From positions 1 through 34,119 of the forward strand of contig CALXVO010000002.1 in NCBI GenBank assembly GCA_944392065.1: a stretch of DNA of 34,119 bases. Direction: 5' to 3'. The DNA is from an uncultured Clostridia bacterium (GTDB lineage Bacteria > Bacillota > Clostridia > TANB77 > CAG-508). Within the stretch, counting starts at the first letter, position 1, and the number at the start of each line of letters is the position of its first letter. Below the pieces are notes generated by a model. The model searched no databases. It was given only the letters and a program-made list of their open reading frames with translations, and had not been told where the DNA came from. Position numbers and translations under genes: made by a program. Below, piece after piece: positions 7,433 through 17,706 of the stretch.

Positions 7433-10400
7433 TTATTTATTTTTGCCCTTTAATACTTTTCTTCTTATTAGTACAATTCCTATTACTAGGATTGCTCCAA
7501 CTACAACTGCTATTACACAGTAGGTTATTATTTCGCCAATACCAAATGGTGGGAGTATAACTATTCTTTCTGCTGCACTACTATCTACTTCTGATGCATC
7601 TGATAATGTTGGATCTTGGTTACCTACTAACGAGTAGGCCATTCTTCTACCAACCGAGTTGCTTGTTTTTACAATTTCAGCCATATTAGTATATGTTAAA
7701 TCATCATCTGTATTTTCTGGTGTAATTAATTGTGATAATATTAATGTTTTGCTAATTTCTTGTCCTGGTGCCAATGCTTCTCCTGCTTCGTCTCCGTTTC
7801 CGAAATCTTCAGTTTGAATAATAGTATTAAAGTTTGTTAATTGTTCTGTTAAACTACTATTAACTAAACCGCTATTAATTAAATTATCATCTGTAATTAC
7901 TGCCCAACCATCTTCACTGTTTGTAGTATTGTTACTGTCAAATTGTAAATTATTTGCAACATAGTCTACTACTTGGTTTGCTGTTGTTGTTACTATACTT
8001 GCACCAGTTGTGTCTCCTTTATAGTAGAAATTCTTGCTGTCTCCATCTACGTAATCTACTTCACCAACATTTGTAATCTTTATAGCATAGGTTACTTGTA
8101 TTGTGGCTCCGTGCATTAACTCTTCATCCATGGTTAATTGTATTAAACCTTTATCTGTTCTTCGAACTATTTGGTCTATTTCGTCTCTGTATGAATATCT
8201 ATGTCTATTATCACGGTTGTTTTCTCCTGTTTTGTAATAATATTCTTCATACATTCCTATTTCTCCATTTTCAAAGTCAATTCCACGATCATTGCTATTA
8301 AGTTTCTCTTCATCTATACTATATTCTTCATGATCTTGCCAAATAGCATTATTTGCAGCTTCATTTATATCAAATAGTATACTATTATTTGCAAGAGTTA
8401 CTTTAACATTAGCTACTGATTTATCTATCTCAAGCTGTGCTTTAGGTCTTTCAGTAAGTCCTAAATCTATGTTGTTAAATGTATAATTACTATTATATTG
8501 ATTATCTCCTATATAGTCTCCACTTGAATTTGTTGAGTTGTTTTGTGTACTATTTAGTCCATCTGTTTGTTGCCTATCATACTCAATTTCTGCAACTATA
8601 ACACCAGTTTCTGCTGTCATCCTTGTATTTTCTATTAATTCACTATATAGACTTGAGTTTCCACTATATGGTGATGCTAAAACTTCTGCTATGTGGTTAG
8701 TTATATTATCATCGCTATAATTTATAACTTCTTGTCTTCTGCTCCAAATGTCTTTTGCATCTGAATAATTTGTAGAATTACTATCTGCTGCATATATGTC
8801 ATATCCATATGTTCCTGTTTCGTTTTGTGTTGCTGTATCTATGTATCCTGAGTATGTTCCTGATATATCTGTTGTTGAATTTTGTTGTATGCCATCTTGA
8901 TATGTAGTTGATTTAAAATCCTGTCCATTATATGAAACTACATTTGCTCCTCCATTTACTCCAGCAAGTGCTGTTGCCTCTGTATCTCCATATTGGAATC
9001 TTATGATGTAGTTACCTGGTATAAAGCTTGCAAAGTTATAATTTCCGTTTTCGCCTGTTGTTGTTCTATACCATACACGTTCTGTACCATCTATACATTT
9101 CTCAATTAATTCTACAGTTACTCCTTCTACTCCTATTTCATCATCTTGTCTAATTCCATCACCTATTATAGCGTCTGATGAATTAGCTGTATTTCCAACT
9201 GTTTCAGTTCTTTCATCTTCCCATACAACACCATTTGCTTCTCTTACTGCTCCTTCGTCTACTATTACTCTTAAGCTTGGTGCTTTATCAGTATCATCTT
9301 CGAAGTTTCTCTCATATCTGTTTCCTTGTAGGTCTTGTGCTTCTAAGTTACCTGGATTAGAATCTCTGTCTAACAATCCTGCTATATTAGAAGAATTTTT
9401 TGTTACTCCATTAGGAAGAGTTGTTCCATCTCTATAATATGTAGCATATCCATTTATCTCTGCTAAATTTTCTTTTGGAGTATCTGATGTTGCATACTCT
9501 CCTCCATCTAGAATAACTCTATTGTTTTCTTTATTTACTTGGAATGTTAAATATATGTATGCACTTTCACCAGTTGCTAGTTTTTTGTTCTCTAATCCCC
9601 TGATATATACTGCATTATAAAGATTTCCTGCAATATCGCTTTCTGTTGAAGTACCATATCTGCTACGATCACTACTATTTATATTTTTTGCATTTGCTAT
9701 TAATCCTATGTTTTCATTAACCATTGCATTATAGTATTCATCATCGCTAACATTATTGTTATCATATGTTACCCAAGATAAATCTTCCCTATAAGTATAA
9801 TCTTTATCATAATAGTCTACTACTTCATTTATTTGCCCCATTATACTCATTGATTGATTTCTTACTGTTATCTTATAAGTAATATATATCTCTAATGGAT
9901 TGCCTGGATGATTTTCAGCTATACCTCCTGCAGTGTTGAATAAATAATCTGTCTCATATATTTCTCTATTATAATTCATACCATAATAGCTATCGTAATC
10001 AGACATTCTTACATTTATATCCCAGTATGTATTGTTATCTTCTCCATTTGAATTATTGGTTCCGTCGTTTGAATTTGCGTTTCTCTTATCATATTTATAT
10101 ACTACAGTTTTGTCATTAATCTTTAATGTTGCTTTATATACATCTTTTCTAAGAGATGCATCAAATTCTTGTCTTCTCCATAAACCTAGGTTTACAAAGA
10201 ATTGTCCCGGATATATTGGTTCATATCTAACTCCATTTAATACGATTGCTGATGTATCATAATTTCTATTTTGCGCTTCTTCTGCTGTCGCATAGTCTCC
10301 ACTTCCATTAACTACAAATTGATCATATACTGGATACAAGTCTATTTGTTGATTAAATGGTGAACCTGTATATGCTTGTATATAGCAATCTTCGATAAAT

Positions 10401-12643
10401 TGGAGTTTTCTCCACAATTCCTCATCATTTCCAGCAATATTTTGATAAATACCTCTCATTGCTTCTTCGTCTGGGAATTCATGATTATTTACAATATATT
10501 CTCTTATTCTAGTAGAAATCACACCTTCACTATACTCACCTGCCTCTAATCCTCTTGAATTATATGCAAATCCATCTACTAGTTGCACTCCCGTTTGAGA
10601 GTATGTTCCATCTTCTCCTAAGGTATATCCCATTAAATCTAGTTGAGTATATACTGCATTATAGTTTCCTACTATTCCTAATGAGTTGCTTGATGGATAG
10701 TTTTCTGGGTATGATCCTATTTCTTGGAATCTTTCATCAAATTGTTGTCTAGAAATATCTATTCCGTTAAAAGTAGAATTTCCTGATTCTGTACCTTTTG
10801 AATTTACTGTCCATTCAGTTGTATTATATAATCCTGCATTAACTATTTCATTTACTGAGTTATATTGTCCATTTGCTGTATTTAAATACTCTGTTGGTAA
10901 ATATCTTTGTCCATTATATTCAAATACTACATAGTACTTTTTCATTGGATTTAATCCTCTAAACAGATAGTTACCATTATCATTAGTAAATGTAGGGTTT
11001 ATTCTATGCATTAGTTCTTCTTCAGAAATACCCGCTTCATTTGGATTAGATAATAATTTGGCAATTTCTCCATCTTCTGTATATAGTGTAACTTTTACAT
11101 TCTTTAATGGTGTGTCAGCATTATCTCCTGTAGTGTTACTTACACCATCTGCTTCTGATTCTTTGCCTGCTAAAGTATCTTCCCAAACATGACCACCTAA
11201 ATCCATTGATAATTCTATTTCTGGTATTCCTGGTTCATCACCATCAAGTCCAATTATAATTTCTTGCTCATATATACTTCTAATTGCATCTGCTGTCATT
11301 AAGTATTGTTGTTTTTTAGTGCTGTCATCTAAGTAGCATGTTGTTATACATCCAGAATCTTCAACTCCATCATGGTAATGTATATTATAACTATGATCAT
11401 GTGTATATCTAACAAAATATACAGCACCTCTCATCTTAGTATACTCACCATTTGCAAGCATGTATTTGAATTTAATTTTTACTGATATATATACTACTCT
11501 GTTTGCGTCATCATCACTTAATCCTGTATTAGGATCTTCAAATACTATTTGAAAATCTTGTCCTGAACTTGGATATACTTGAGCTGTTTCATCTACTTTT
11601 AAATCTTCGCTTGGTTCAAAATATTCAGGTGTTACTGCATTTCCATAGATTCCTGTTGTAGTATCTTTTAATATTATTTTTTCAACTTCTATGTCATCTC
11701 TTACTTGAACTTTTTCGCTATTATAGCCTATTATGGTCATTTCAGATATTCCTGCAAAAGCAATATCTCCATAAACTCCATTTGTGTATTCTACATTAAA
11801 AGGTCCTACAGTATATTCTCCTGTGTTTTGATTTACTTTTGTATAAACACTATCTAGTTCAGTTGTGTCTATTGGCTGAAGTCCTTTATCTCTTACTAAA
11901 TTGTCATACTCTGCATAATCTTTTGCTTCTTTAACATATTCATTTTTGTAATAGAAATCATTATCATATGATGAGTCATATTTCATGTCCTCTAGATGTT
12001 CATAGTCTCCATCTCCTATAATAAGATTCTCATCTCCTCGATTGCCATTACTTAGTTCTACATCTCTTAAATCCCAAATGGCCAATTGCTTAGCAATACT
12101 CCATTTTCTTATTGGATCAACAAATATTTCTTCTCCAGTATCAGGGTCAACAATAGTTGGTTTGCCACCTGATAATATGTAGGATACTGCTACTGGCAAC
12201 TTGTCGCTTCCTACTGCTGTAAATATTGCTCTAGTATGTTTTCCTATGTCTGGAGTAGCAGCATGTCCATTCGATGTTAAACAATCTGAACGATATGTTC
12301 TGTTTTCCAAACTTTTTGCATATTCATAGGAAATTACATCTTCGTCATCATAAGCATAATATCTAATATCAGCAGCTGGCTCTAGACAGTAGATTTGGTA
12401 GTCTCCATATGTAGGCAAACGTGGATACCTAGAGGTATGATGTAAACCTTCAAACTGATCAAGATCTATATAATAGTCATAAGTTTCAGGATCCAACTCA
12501 CCTTCTGCAAGAGTTCCTGGATCTGCTGTATCAGTTTCTCCATCTACAGCATTTACAGTATTTTTAATAGTGTAAAATGTTAGTATTGTAAGTGTAAGTA
12601 TTAATGTTAATGACAATCCTATTTTTATAAACTTGCTCTTCAT
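7433..12643 (-). CDS. giant surface adhesin: signal peptide, thioester (TQXA-type) domain, SdrD-B/Cna-B-like repeats, C-terminal TM anchor
   Basis: - Signal peptide: MKSKFIKIGLSLTLILTLTILTF...VNA/VDGE.
- Thioester domain: Cys motif YQIYCLEP (aa 86) and Gln motif AKQLAIW (aa 186).
- Cna-B/SdrD-B-like modules: GHVWEDTLAGKESEADG...VKVTLY and GVVWEDERTE...GVTVELI...NGNYNF.
- C-terminus: ILPPFG, then a hydrophobic helix, then RRKVLKGKNK.
- GGAGGA RBS. Confidence 0.8.
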   Translation of the reverse strand: MKSKFIKIGLSLTLILTLTILTFYTIKNTVNAVDGETDTADPGTLAEGELDPETYDYYIDLDQFEGLHHTSRYPRLPTYGDYQIYCLEPAADIRYYAYDDEDVISYEYAKSLENRTYRSDCLTSNGHAATPDIGKHTRAIFTAVGSDKLPVAVSYILSGGKPTIVDPDTGEEIFVDPIRKWSIAKQLAIWDLRDVELSNGNRGDENLIIGDGDYEHLEDMKYDSSYDNDFYYKNEYVKEAKDYAEYDNLVRDKGLQPIDTTELDSVYTKVNQNTGEYTVGPFNVEYTNGVYGDIAFAGISEMTIIGYNSEKVQVRDDIEVEKIILKDTTTGIYGNAVTPEYFEPSEDLKVDETAQVYPSSGQDFQIVFEDPNTGLSDDDANRVVYISVKIKFKYMLANGEYTKMRGAVYFVRYTHDHSYNIHYHDGVEDSGCITTCYLDDSTKKQQYLMTADAIRSIYEQEIIIGLDGDEPGIPEIELSMDLGGHVWEDTLAGKESEADGVSNTTGDNADTPLKNVKVTLYTEDGEIAKLLSNPNEAGISEEELMHRINPTFTNDNGNYLFRGLNPMKKYYVVFEYNGQRYLPTEYLNTANGQYNSVNEIVNAGLYNTTEWTVNSKGTESGNSTFNGIDISRQQFDERFQEIGSYPENYPSSNSLGIVGNYNAVYTQLDLMGYTLGEDGTYSQTGVQLVDGFAYNSRGLEAGEYSEGVISTRIREYIVNNHEFPDEEAMRGIYQNIAGNDEELWRKLQFIEDCYIQAYTGSPFNQQIDLYPVYDQFVVNGSGDYATAEEAQNRNYDTSAIVLNGVRYEPIYPGQFFVNLGLWRRQEFDASLRKDVYKATLKINDKTVVYKYDKRNANSNDGTNNSNGEDNNTYWDINVRMSDYDSYYGMNYNREIYETDYLFNTAGGIAENHPGNPLEIYITYKITVRNQSMSIMGQINEVVDYYDKDYTYREDLSWVTYDNNNVSDDEYYNAMVNENIGLIANAKNINSSDRSRYGTSTESDIAGNLYNAVYIRGLENKKLATGESAYIYLTFQVNKENNRVILDGGEYATSDTPKENLAEINGYATYYRDGTTLPNGVTKNSSNIAGLLDRDSNPGNLEAQDLQGNRYERNFEDDTDKAPSLRVIVDEGAVREANGVVWEDERTETVGNTANSSDAIIGDGIRQDDEIGVEGVTVELIEKCIDGTERVWYRTTTGENGNYNFASFIPGNYIIRFQYGDTEATALAGVNGGANVVSYNGQDFKSTTYQDGIQQNSTTDISGTYSGYIDTATQNETGTYGYDIYAADSNSTNYSDAKDIWSRRQEVINYSDDNITNHIAEVLASPYSGNSSLYSELIENTRMTAETGVIVAEIEYDRQQTDGLNSTQNNSTNSSGDYIGDNQYNSNYTFNNIDLGLTERPKAQLEIDKSVANVKVTLANNSILFDINEAANNAIWQDHEEYSIDEEKLNSNDRGIDFENGEIGMYEEYYYKTGENNRDNRHRYSYRDEIDQIVRRTDKGLIQLTMDEELMHGATIQVTYAIKITNVGEVDYVDGDSKNFYYKGDTTGASIVTTTANQVVDYVANNLQFDSNNTTNSEDGWAVITDDNLINSGLVNSSLTEQLTNFNTIIQTEDFGNGDEAGEALAPGQEISKTLILSQLITPENTDDDLTYTNMAEIVKTSNSVGRRMAYSLVGNQDPTLSDASEVDSSAAERIVILPPFGIGEIITYCVIAVVVGAILVIGIVLIRRKVLKGKNK

Positions 12644-12659
12644 ATTATCCTCCTTTCAT

Positions 12660-15600
12660 TTAAACTTTTTTATTTAGAACATATTTTTTTATGCCAAATA
12701 TTCCAAATCCTACGATTACTATAATTCCTAATGCAATCAATACATATACTATAATCTGACTACCTGTTACTAAAGATACAACTACATCAGCCTTAGACAT
12801 ATCATCTTCTGTTTTTACTTCATTGCCTGTGGTTGAATCTACATCTTGTAGTCCTTGTTCATTATAGCTTTCATAAATTTCTGCACTATTATTTATTGTA
12901 CTAAATATTAAATCTTCTGTTATTCTTATACTAACCACTAAAGTAACTTCTTTAGTTTCTCCCGGATTTATTTTTTCATTTGCTAAGCTTGAATTGTATA
13001 TGTTTCCATTATCTGATAAATACCAGTCTGTATTTAGTTCCGTATTAAAGTTAACCTCTTTTGGTAAGTAATCTACTATTTTGTTTACGTAACCTGGTAC
13101 AGAACCTTCATTTGTTACTACAATTCTGTATTCTATAACTGCACTACTCTGTCCTACATTTCTATCTAATACTTCTATTCTTGATACTTGGCTGTCTCTA
13201 TATTCATCTACTCTTGTACCTATAGTTGGAGTTGTTAATGTTATTTTATTAATATATTTGTCTAATCTTAAGTCAAATTTATTAGTTGCATATAATCCTA
13301 TATCAATATCTCTTACATTTTCGCCATTTACTGTAATAATATCTGTAATACCAGCTATTCTTCTTTCTCCATTAAGTGTTAGATTAATGTCTATTACATC
13401 TGAATTAAAGCTTCCATCCACTCCTGATTTCTGATATTCTGTCAAACTATAATTTGATGAATCATATACAAATACTACTAAATATTCGCCATTTGGTAAA
13501 TTGTTAAATTGATAAGTTCCATTGTCTGATGTTGTAGTTATTTTTTCCTCGTTTGAGTCTGGATCTTTAACAATACTATTTCCATCTTTGCTTAATAATA
13601 TTACTTGTATATTAGATAGCCTTTGTTCATTTGAATCTCTTTTTCCATCCATATTATCGTCCAACCATGCTGTTCCAGTAATTTTGTATCTATTATTAGA
13701 TGGATTAGATGGATCTGATGGATCTCCTCCTTGATTATGTATCTCATCATTATATTCTATAATATTGGTTACTGTATTTGTTTCAATCGATTCCATACCT
13801 TTAGCTGTTATTGTCATTTTGTTTTGTATTTCTTTTTCATTTGCATCTGGTAATAGTTTTGCTTTTCCCATTATATTTATTTCTACGCTATCACCACTGG
13901 CTAATTGGCTAATAGATATTTCTACTATTCCGTTAGTAAGGCTAGTTACTGTGCTTTCTTGTCCATTAATTATATATGTTGCTTTATCAAAATTTAGTTC
14001 CTCTGGTAATTCATTTCTTACCTTTATATTACGTGCAACAGATGTTCCTGTATTTGTAAGTTTCATACTATATGTAACTATATTACCCTCTTTTACATAT
14101 CTAGGCGATGAAGTCAATTCAGATACTTCTAATTTTACCTCTTCGGCTATATATTCTGTTATGTTAGAATAATGCTCTTCTGTGTTGTCGGCTTTTGCAC
14201 TAGCCATAATAGAAATATCGCCTTCGTATTCTTCAACCTCTACTTGTAATATAATTAATTTATGAATACTTAGTGTTCCTATATCTACAGTTACTGTATT
14301 TGAATTTTCATCATAGCTAATTCCTTCTGTACTTTCTTCATTTGACGACCAATTGTCTTTTATTACTGCACTTTTATATTTTATACCTTCTGGTAATGGA
14401 ATTGTTACTATTGTATTTGTTAAATCTCCCATTGAAGAAATATTGTATAAGCTAATTAAATACTCTATAGTCTGTCCTTTAATAAGAACTTGTGACTCAC
14501 TTGTGTCACTCGCCATAGCTATATAAATTTTTCCTTCTTCTACGTTGAATACACAATCATTTGAAGATATTCTTCCTTCTATTTCGTCTCCAGTAATATA
14601 TGCTGTATTTGTAATTTCTTTTGGAAATCCATTTGATGAATTAGTGCTAGTTTCATCATCCAAATAGTCATCAACTTTAATATAATATGAAACTTGTGCA
14701 CTTTCCCCTACTTTTATAGTTCCTGCATCTATAACTTTTGTGTTTTCCTCTTCTTCATAGAATCCATTTCCTGGTGAATATTCCATAAAAGTTGTATTTT
14801 CTGGTAATGGTACATTAACTTTCACATTTTCTGCATCTACATCTCCTACATTTTTAACTGTTACTTTCATTTTTACTATTTGCCCTTCTCTAATAACTTC
14901 TGCTGTTGATGAAAGTTCAGCTTCTAATTCAGGGCCTTCTCCAGTTGTTAAACGTATAATAGAAGATATTTTGTTCTCAGATATTGTTCCAATATCTGAA
15001 TTATTATCATAATATACTTTATACATGCTATACGAACTATTATTAGCAGTTAGGTTTTCTGGTATTTCGACTTCATACATAAAATCAAATTTGCTTCCTG
15101 AACTCATTTTATACTCAGTATTAAATACTATCATAAATGATTTTGATGATGTTGTTGCAGTTTCATTCCATCCATTGCTAGAATCTTCTAAATCTTTGGT
15201 TGCATTAGCATTGTCTGAATAATACACTTTATAATTAGAAGCATCTATTCCAGATATTCCTATTCCGGCTGATAAAGGAATTGTGAATGTTGAACCCAAT
15301 TCTGTATCTGTATCAATCTTTTTGTTTCCTTGTGCTGGAATTCTTCCTAACACTATGATATTGCTTATATCATTTGAATAATTATTTATTACTGTGCCTT
15401 TTATTGTAGAAACTCTTTTTTCTGAATATGTATCAAGCTCTGCTATTTGTTCTTCATCAGATATTGAAAATAATTCTGATGCTCCTTCTTTATAATTACT
15501 AATTCCATTTGCTGCTACAACCCCCGCTGGTGCAACATAATCGATTTCTGTTTCTAGAGCTCCTTCAGCATTATTTGATTCTTCATTGTTATTTATGAAT

Positions 15601-17630
15601 TCCATTGTTATTTTGTCAGTTCCAGTTGGAGTTAGTGTATTAGTTGTTATATCAGTGTTTAAAACAACTATTGCTCCTTTATACTCTGCATCTATTGCAT
15701 ATTCAGTTTGAACACCTTCTAATGTTACATTTATAACTTTATGTCCATTCTCATCAACAACTTCAGAGCTTTTAATTTTTAAACCTTTATCAAGTAATAT
15801 ATTTGTGCTCTTTAAATCAATCTCCTCTATATAAGAAGGAAATGTTATTTTTATTGTTGGATTTTCAAATAAAGCATTATAAACACTAGAAGTATTAAGA
15901 ACCACTCTTATTTCTACATTCTCGTTTTTTACAACTGTTGTTAAGTCTGATTTGCTTATTTCTAATTCGACTTTTGTTTCTGGTTCTTTTAATAATATTT
16001 CTCTCCAAGCTGTATAAGTTGTAGTATTAGTTTTTCCTTCTAAATCCACTCTCATTTTTGTAAATGATTTCATCTGTTGTTTTGAATATGCTATATCACC
16101 TTTTATAGCTTTTACTATATTTACTTCTAATTGTCCTTCTGTTATAGGTGCAGATGTTGTTATAGTTACTTTATTATTATTGTGAGAACTTATATCTAAT
16201 AAATAAATTCCATTTTCTAAAGTAGACTCTTTATTTATCTTTCCAAGTTCTTGTCCTTCTTCGTCTTTTACTACAATTTCTCCATCTTCTCCTAACATCT
16301 TATTAAATACCGCTTGACTAATCTCTATTCTCTTATTATATGCATAGTTATTACCACTCACTGTTGTAGATTCTTCAGAATCATCTGCCCTTAAAAATTT
16401 ATCATGTCCTTGTATAAATTCTATAGAAGTTGTTAATTCTGCACTATTTACTGTTGCCACATATTTTGTATAATATTCGGTTTCGACTTTTGAATCTGTA
16501 TCATAATTTGCATATATATATCCTTTGCTAATATCGCTTGATGAAAATATAGCAAAATCTGTAATAGTTCCTTCCGCTTCTGTATATTCTATTGAAGCCT
16601 CTGCTGAATTATTTACTGTAAATTCTTCGCTATTATACACAACGATGTTTGATTCTGCAGTTGCAACAGTATCTATTCCATCTACATTTTCAGACTCATC
16701 TGTATCTTGTCCTTCAAAAATATATGTAACTAGATATTCATCTTTAACATCTTTTTTCCATGAAATACTATCTAATAAATTTGATGTGTTTATAGTAACT
16801 TTTCCGCTTTCAGCATCATACATATAATTGTTAGATGTAAATTCTAGTCCATCTGTTTTTCCATTTGTTGCTTCTGTATTTGTTGCTATTACTTTTACAT
16901 CTGTTGGCTTCATTCCATTTATAGTTGGAACCGTAACTTCTATATTTGTAGATTTAATTGGTAATGTACTATCTTTTATATTTGAATTTATTTTTGTTTG
17001 TGCTATTATTCCGTAACTTCCATTTGTAGAATATGGTGTATATTTTGTACTTTCGATAGTTAATTCAGCTTCTGCTGTTCCATTCCATGAAAGCTTATTA
17101 CTTACACTCTTTTCAATAGAATTTTCTTCTCCTTCTCCATCAATATATGTACCAGTAAATTTAGTTAAAGTTTCTTTGTTAAAGTAATCTAGCGACACAT
17201 TATCATTTTCTAATATTTCTATTGGAAGTTCTATAGTAATATTTGAACCATTATTTAATTGATTTAATACTATTTTATTATTTGCTGTGTCGATACTTTG
17301 TATATTGCTATCTGTTATTCCTTCTTTTAATTTAAAATTAGTATTTTGAAACTCTATTGTTCCATTTTCCAAATATCCCGCATTATTTACTTTTACATTT
17401 ATATATAGTTTTGCATCTTCGCTACCTATATCAAAGACTTGATTATGTACTCCGCCATAAAAATATGAATTAAACTCTACATTTCTATGATTTGTACTGG
17501 TTGTTTGTTCGTTTAATTCTTCATCACTTAATGCATGTACTATAGTATATTCTCCGAGTATAGCTAAGTTTGCACCTATTAAAATGATTACTAAAAATAA
17601 TGCAATTAGTTTTTTCAATGATTTGTTCAT
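12660..17630 (-). CDS. giant surface protein with DUF11-type repeats and an SdrD-B-like domain, C-terminal TM anchor
   Basis: - Start: MNKSLKKLIALFLVIILIGANLAILG (signal/anchor), with GGAGG at 17636-17640. The ORF track starts 9 codons upstream at 17657.
- DUF11-like repeats: VKMKVTVKNVGDVDAENVKVNVPLPENTTF, VTYSMKLTNTGTSVARNIKVRNELPEELNF.
- SdrD-B-like domain: TGTAWLDDNMDGKRDSNEQRLSNIQVILL...NGTYQFNNLPNGEY.
- C-terminus: SLVTGS, then a helix, then KKYVLNKKV.
- Only 16 nt upstream of the next gene, so the two form an operon. Confidence 0.8.
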   Translation of the reverse strand: MNKSLKKLIALFLVIILIGANLAILGEYTIVHALSDEELNEQTTSTNHRNVEFNSYFYGGVHNQVFDIGSEDAKLYINVKVNNAGYLENGTIEFQNTNFKLKEGITDSNIQSIDTANNKIVLNQLNNGSNITIELPIEILENDNVSLDYFNKETLTKFTGTYIDGEGEENSIEKSVSNKLSWNGTAEAELTIESTKYTPYSTNGSYGIIAQTKINSNIKDSTLPIKSTNIEVTVPTINGMKPTDVKVIATNTEATNGKTDGLEFTSNNYMYDAESGKVTINTSNLLDSISWKKDVKDEYLVTYIFEGQDTDESENVDGIDTVATAESNIVVYNSEEFTVNNSAEASIEYTEAEGTITDFAIFSSSDISKGYIYANYDTDSKVETEYYTKYVATVNSAELTTSIEFIQGHDKFLRADDSEESTTVSGNNYAYNKRIEISQAVFNKMLGEDGEIVVKDEEGQELGKINKESTLENGIYLLDISSHNNNKVTITTSAPITEGQLEVNIVKAIKGDIAYSKQQMKSFTKMRVDLEGKTNTTTYTAWREILLKEPETKVELEISKSDLTTVVKNENVEIRVVLNTSSVYNALFENPTIKITFPSYIEEIDLKSTNILLDKGLKIKSSEVVDENGHKVINVTLEGVQTEYAIDAEYKGAIVVLNTDITTNTLTPTGTDKITMEFINNNEESNNAEGALETEIDYVAPAGVVAANGISNYKEGASELFSISDEEQIAELDTYSEKRVSTIKGTVINNYSNDISNIIVLGRIPAQGNKKIDTDTELGSTFTIPLSAGIGISGIDASNYKVYYSDNANATKDLEDSSNGWNETATTSSKSFMIVFNTEYKMSSGSKFDFMYEVEIPENLTANNSSYSMYKVYYDNNSDIGTISENKISSIIRLTTGEGPELEAELSSTAEVIREGQIVKMKVTVKNVGDVDAENVKVNVPLPENTTFMEYSPGNGFYEEEENTKVIDAGTIKVGESAQVSYYIKVDDYLDDETSTNSSNGFPKEITNTAYITGDEIEGRISSNDCVFNVEEGKIYIAMASDTSESQVLIKGQTIEYLISLYNISSMGDLTNTIVTIPLPEGIKYKSAVIKDNWSSNEESTEGISYDENSNTVTVDIGTLSIHKLIILQVEVEEYEGDISIMASAKADNTEEHYSNITEYIAEEVKLEVSELTSSPRYVKEGNIVTYSMKLTNTGTSVARNIKVRNELPEELNFDKATYIINGQESTVTSLTNGIVEISISQLASGDSVEINIMGKAKLLPDANEKEIQNKMTITAKGMESIETNTVTNIIEYNDEIHNQGGDPSDPSNPSNNRYKITGTAWLDDNMDGKRDSNEQRLSNIQVILLSKDGNSIVKDPDSNEEKITTTSDNGTYQFNNLPNGEYLVVFVYDSSNYSLTEYQKSGVDGSFNSDVIDINLTLNGERRIAGITDIITVNGENVRDIDIGLYATNKFDLRLDKYINKITLTTPTIGTRVDEYRDSQVSRIEVLDRNVGQSSAVIEYRIVVTNEGSVPGYVNKIVDYLPKEVNFNTELNTDWYLSDNGNIYNSSLANEKINPGETKEVTLVVSIRITEDLIFSTINNSAEIYESYNEQGLQDVDSTTGNEVKTEDDMSKADVVVSLVTGSQIIVYVLIALGIIVIVGFGIFGIKKYVLNKKV

Positions 17631-17665
17631 AATAACCTCCAATTTTTTTAATAACATACAAATAT

Positions 17666-17694
17666 ATTATACAATATTTTTATTGTTTTTTCAA
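17666..17694 (-). promoter_or_regulatory. near-consensus sigma-A promoter of the adhesin operon (TTGAAA-17 nt-TATAAT)
   Basis: The minus strand reads TTGAAAaaacaataaaaatattgTATAAT. The -35 is at 17689-17694 and the -10 at 17666-17671, about 35 nt upstream of the ATG at 17630. Confidence 0.55.
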
Positions 17695-17699
17695 TACAT

Positions 17700-17706
17700 T
17701 TCGACA
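17700..17706 (-). promoter_or_regulatory. perfect Spo0A-box heptamer (TGTCGAA) just upstream of the -35 of the adhesin promoter
   Basis: The minus strand reads CTTGAAATGTCGAAATGTATTGAAA. TGTCGAA matches the 0A-box consensus TGNCGAA. A single 7-mer could occur by chance. Confidence 0.25.
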
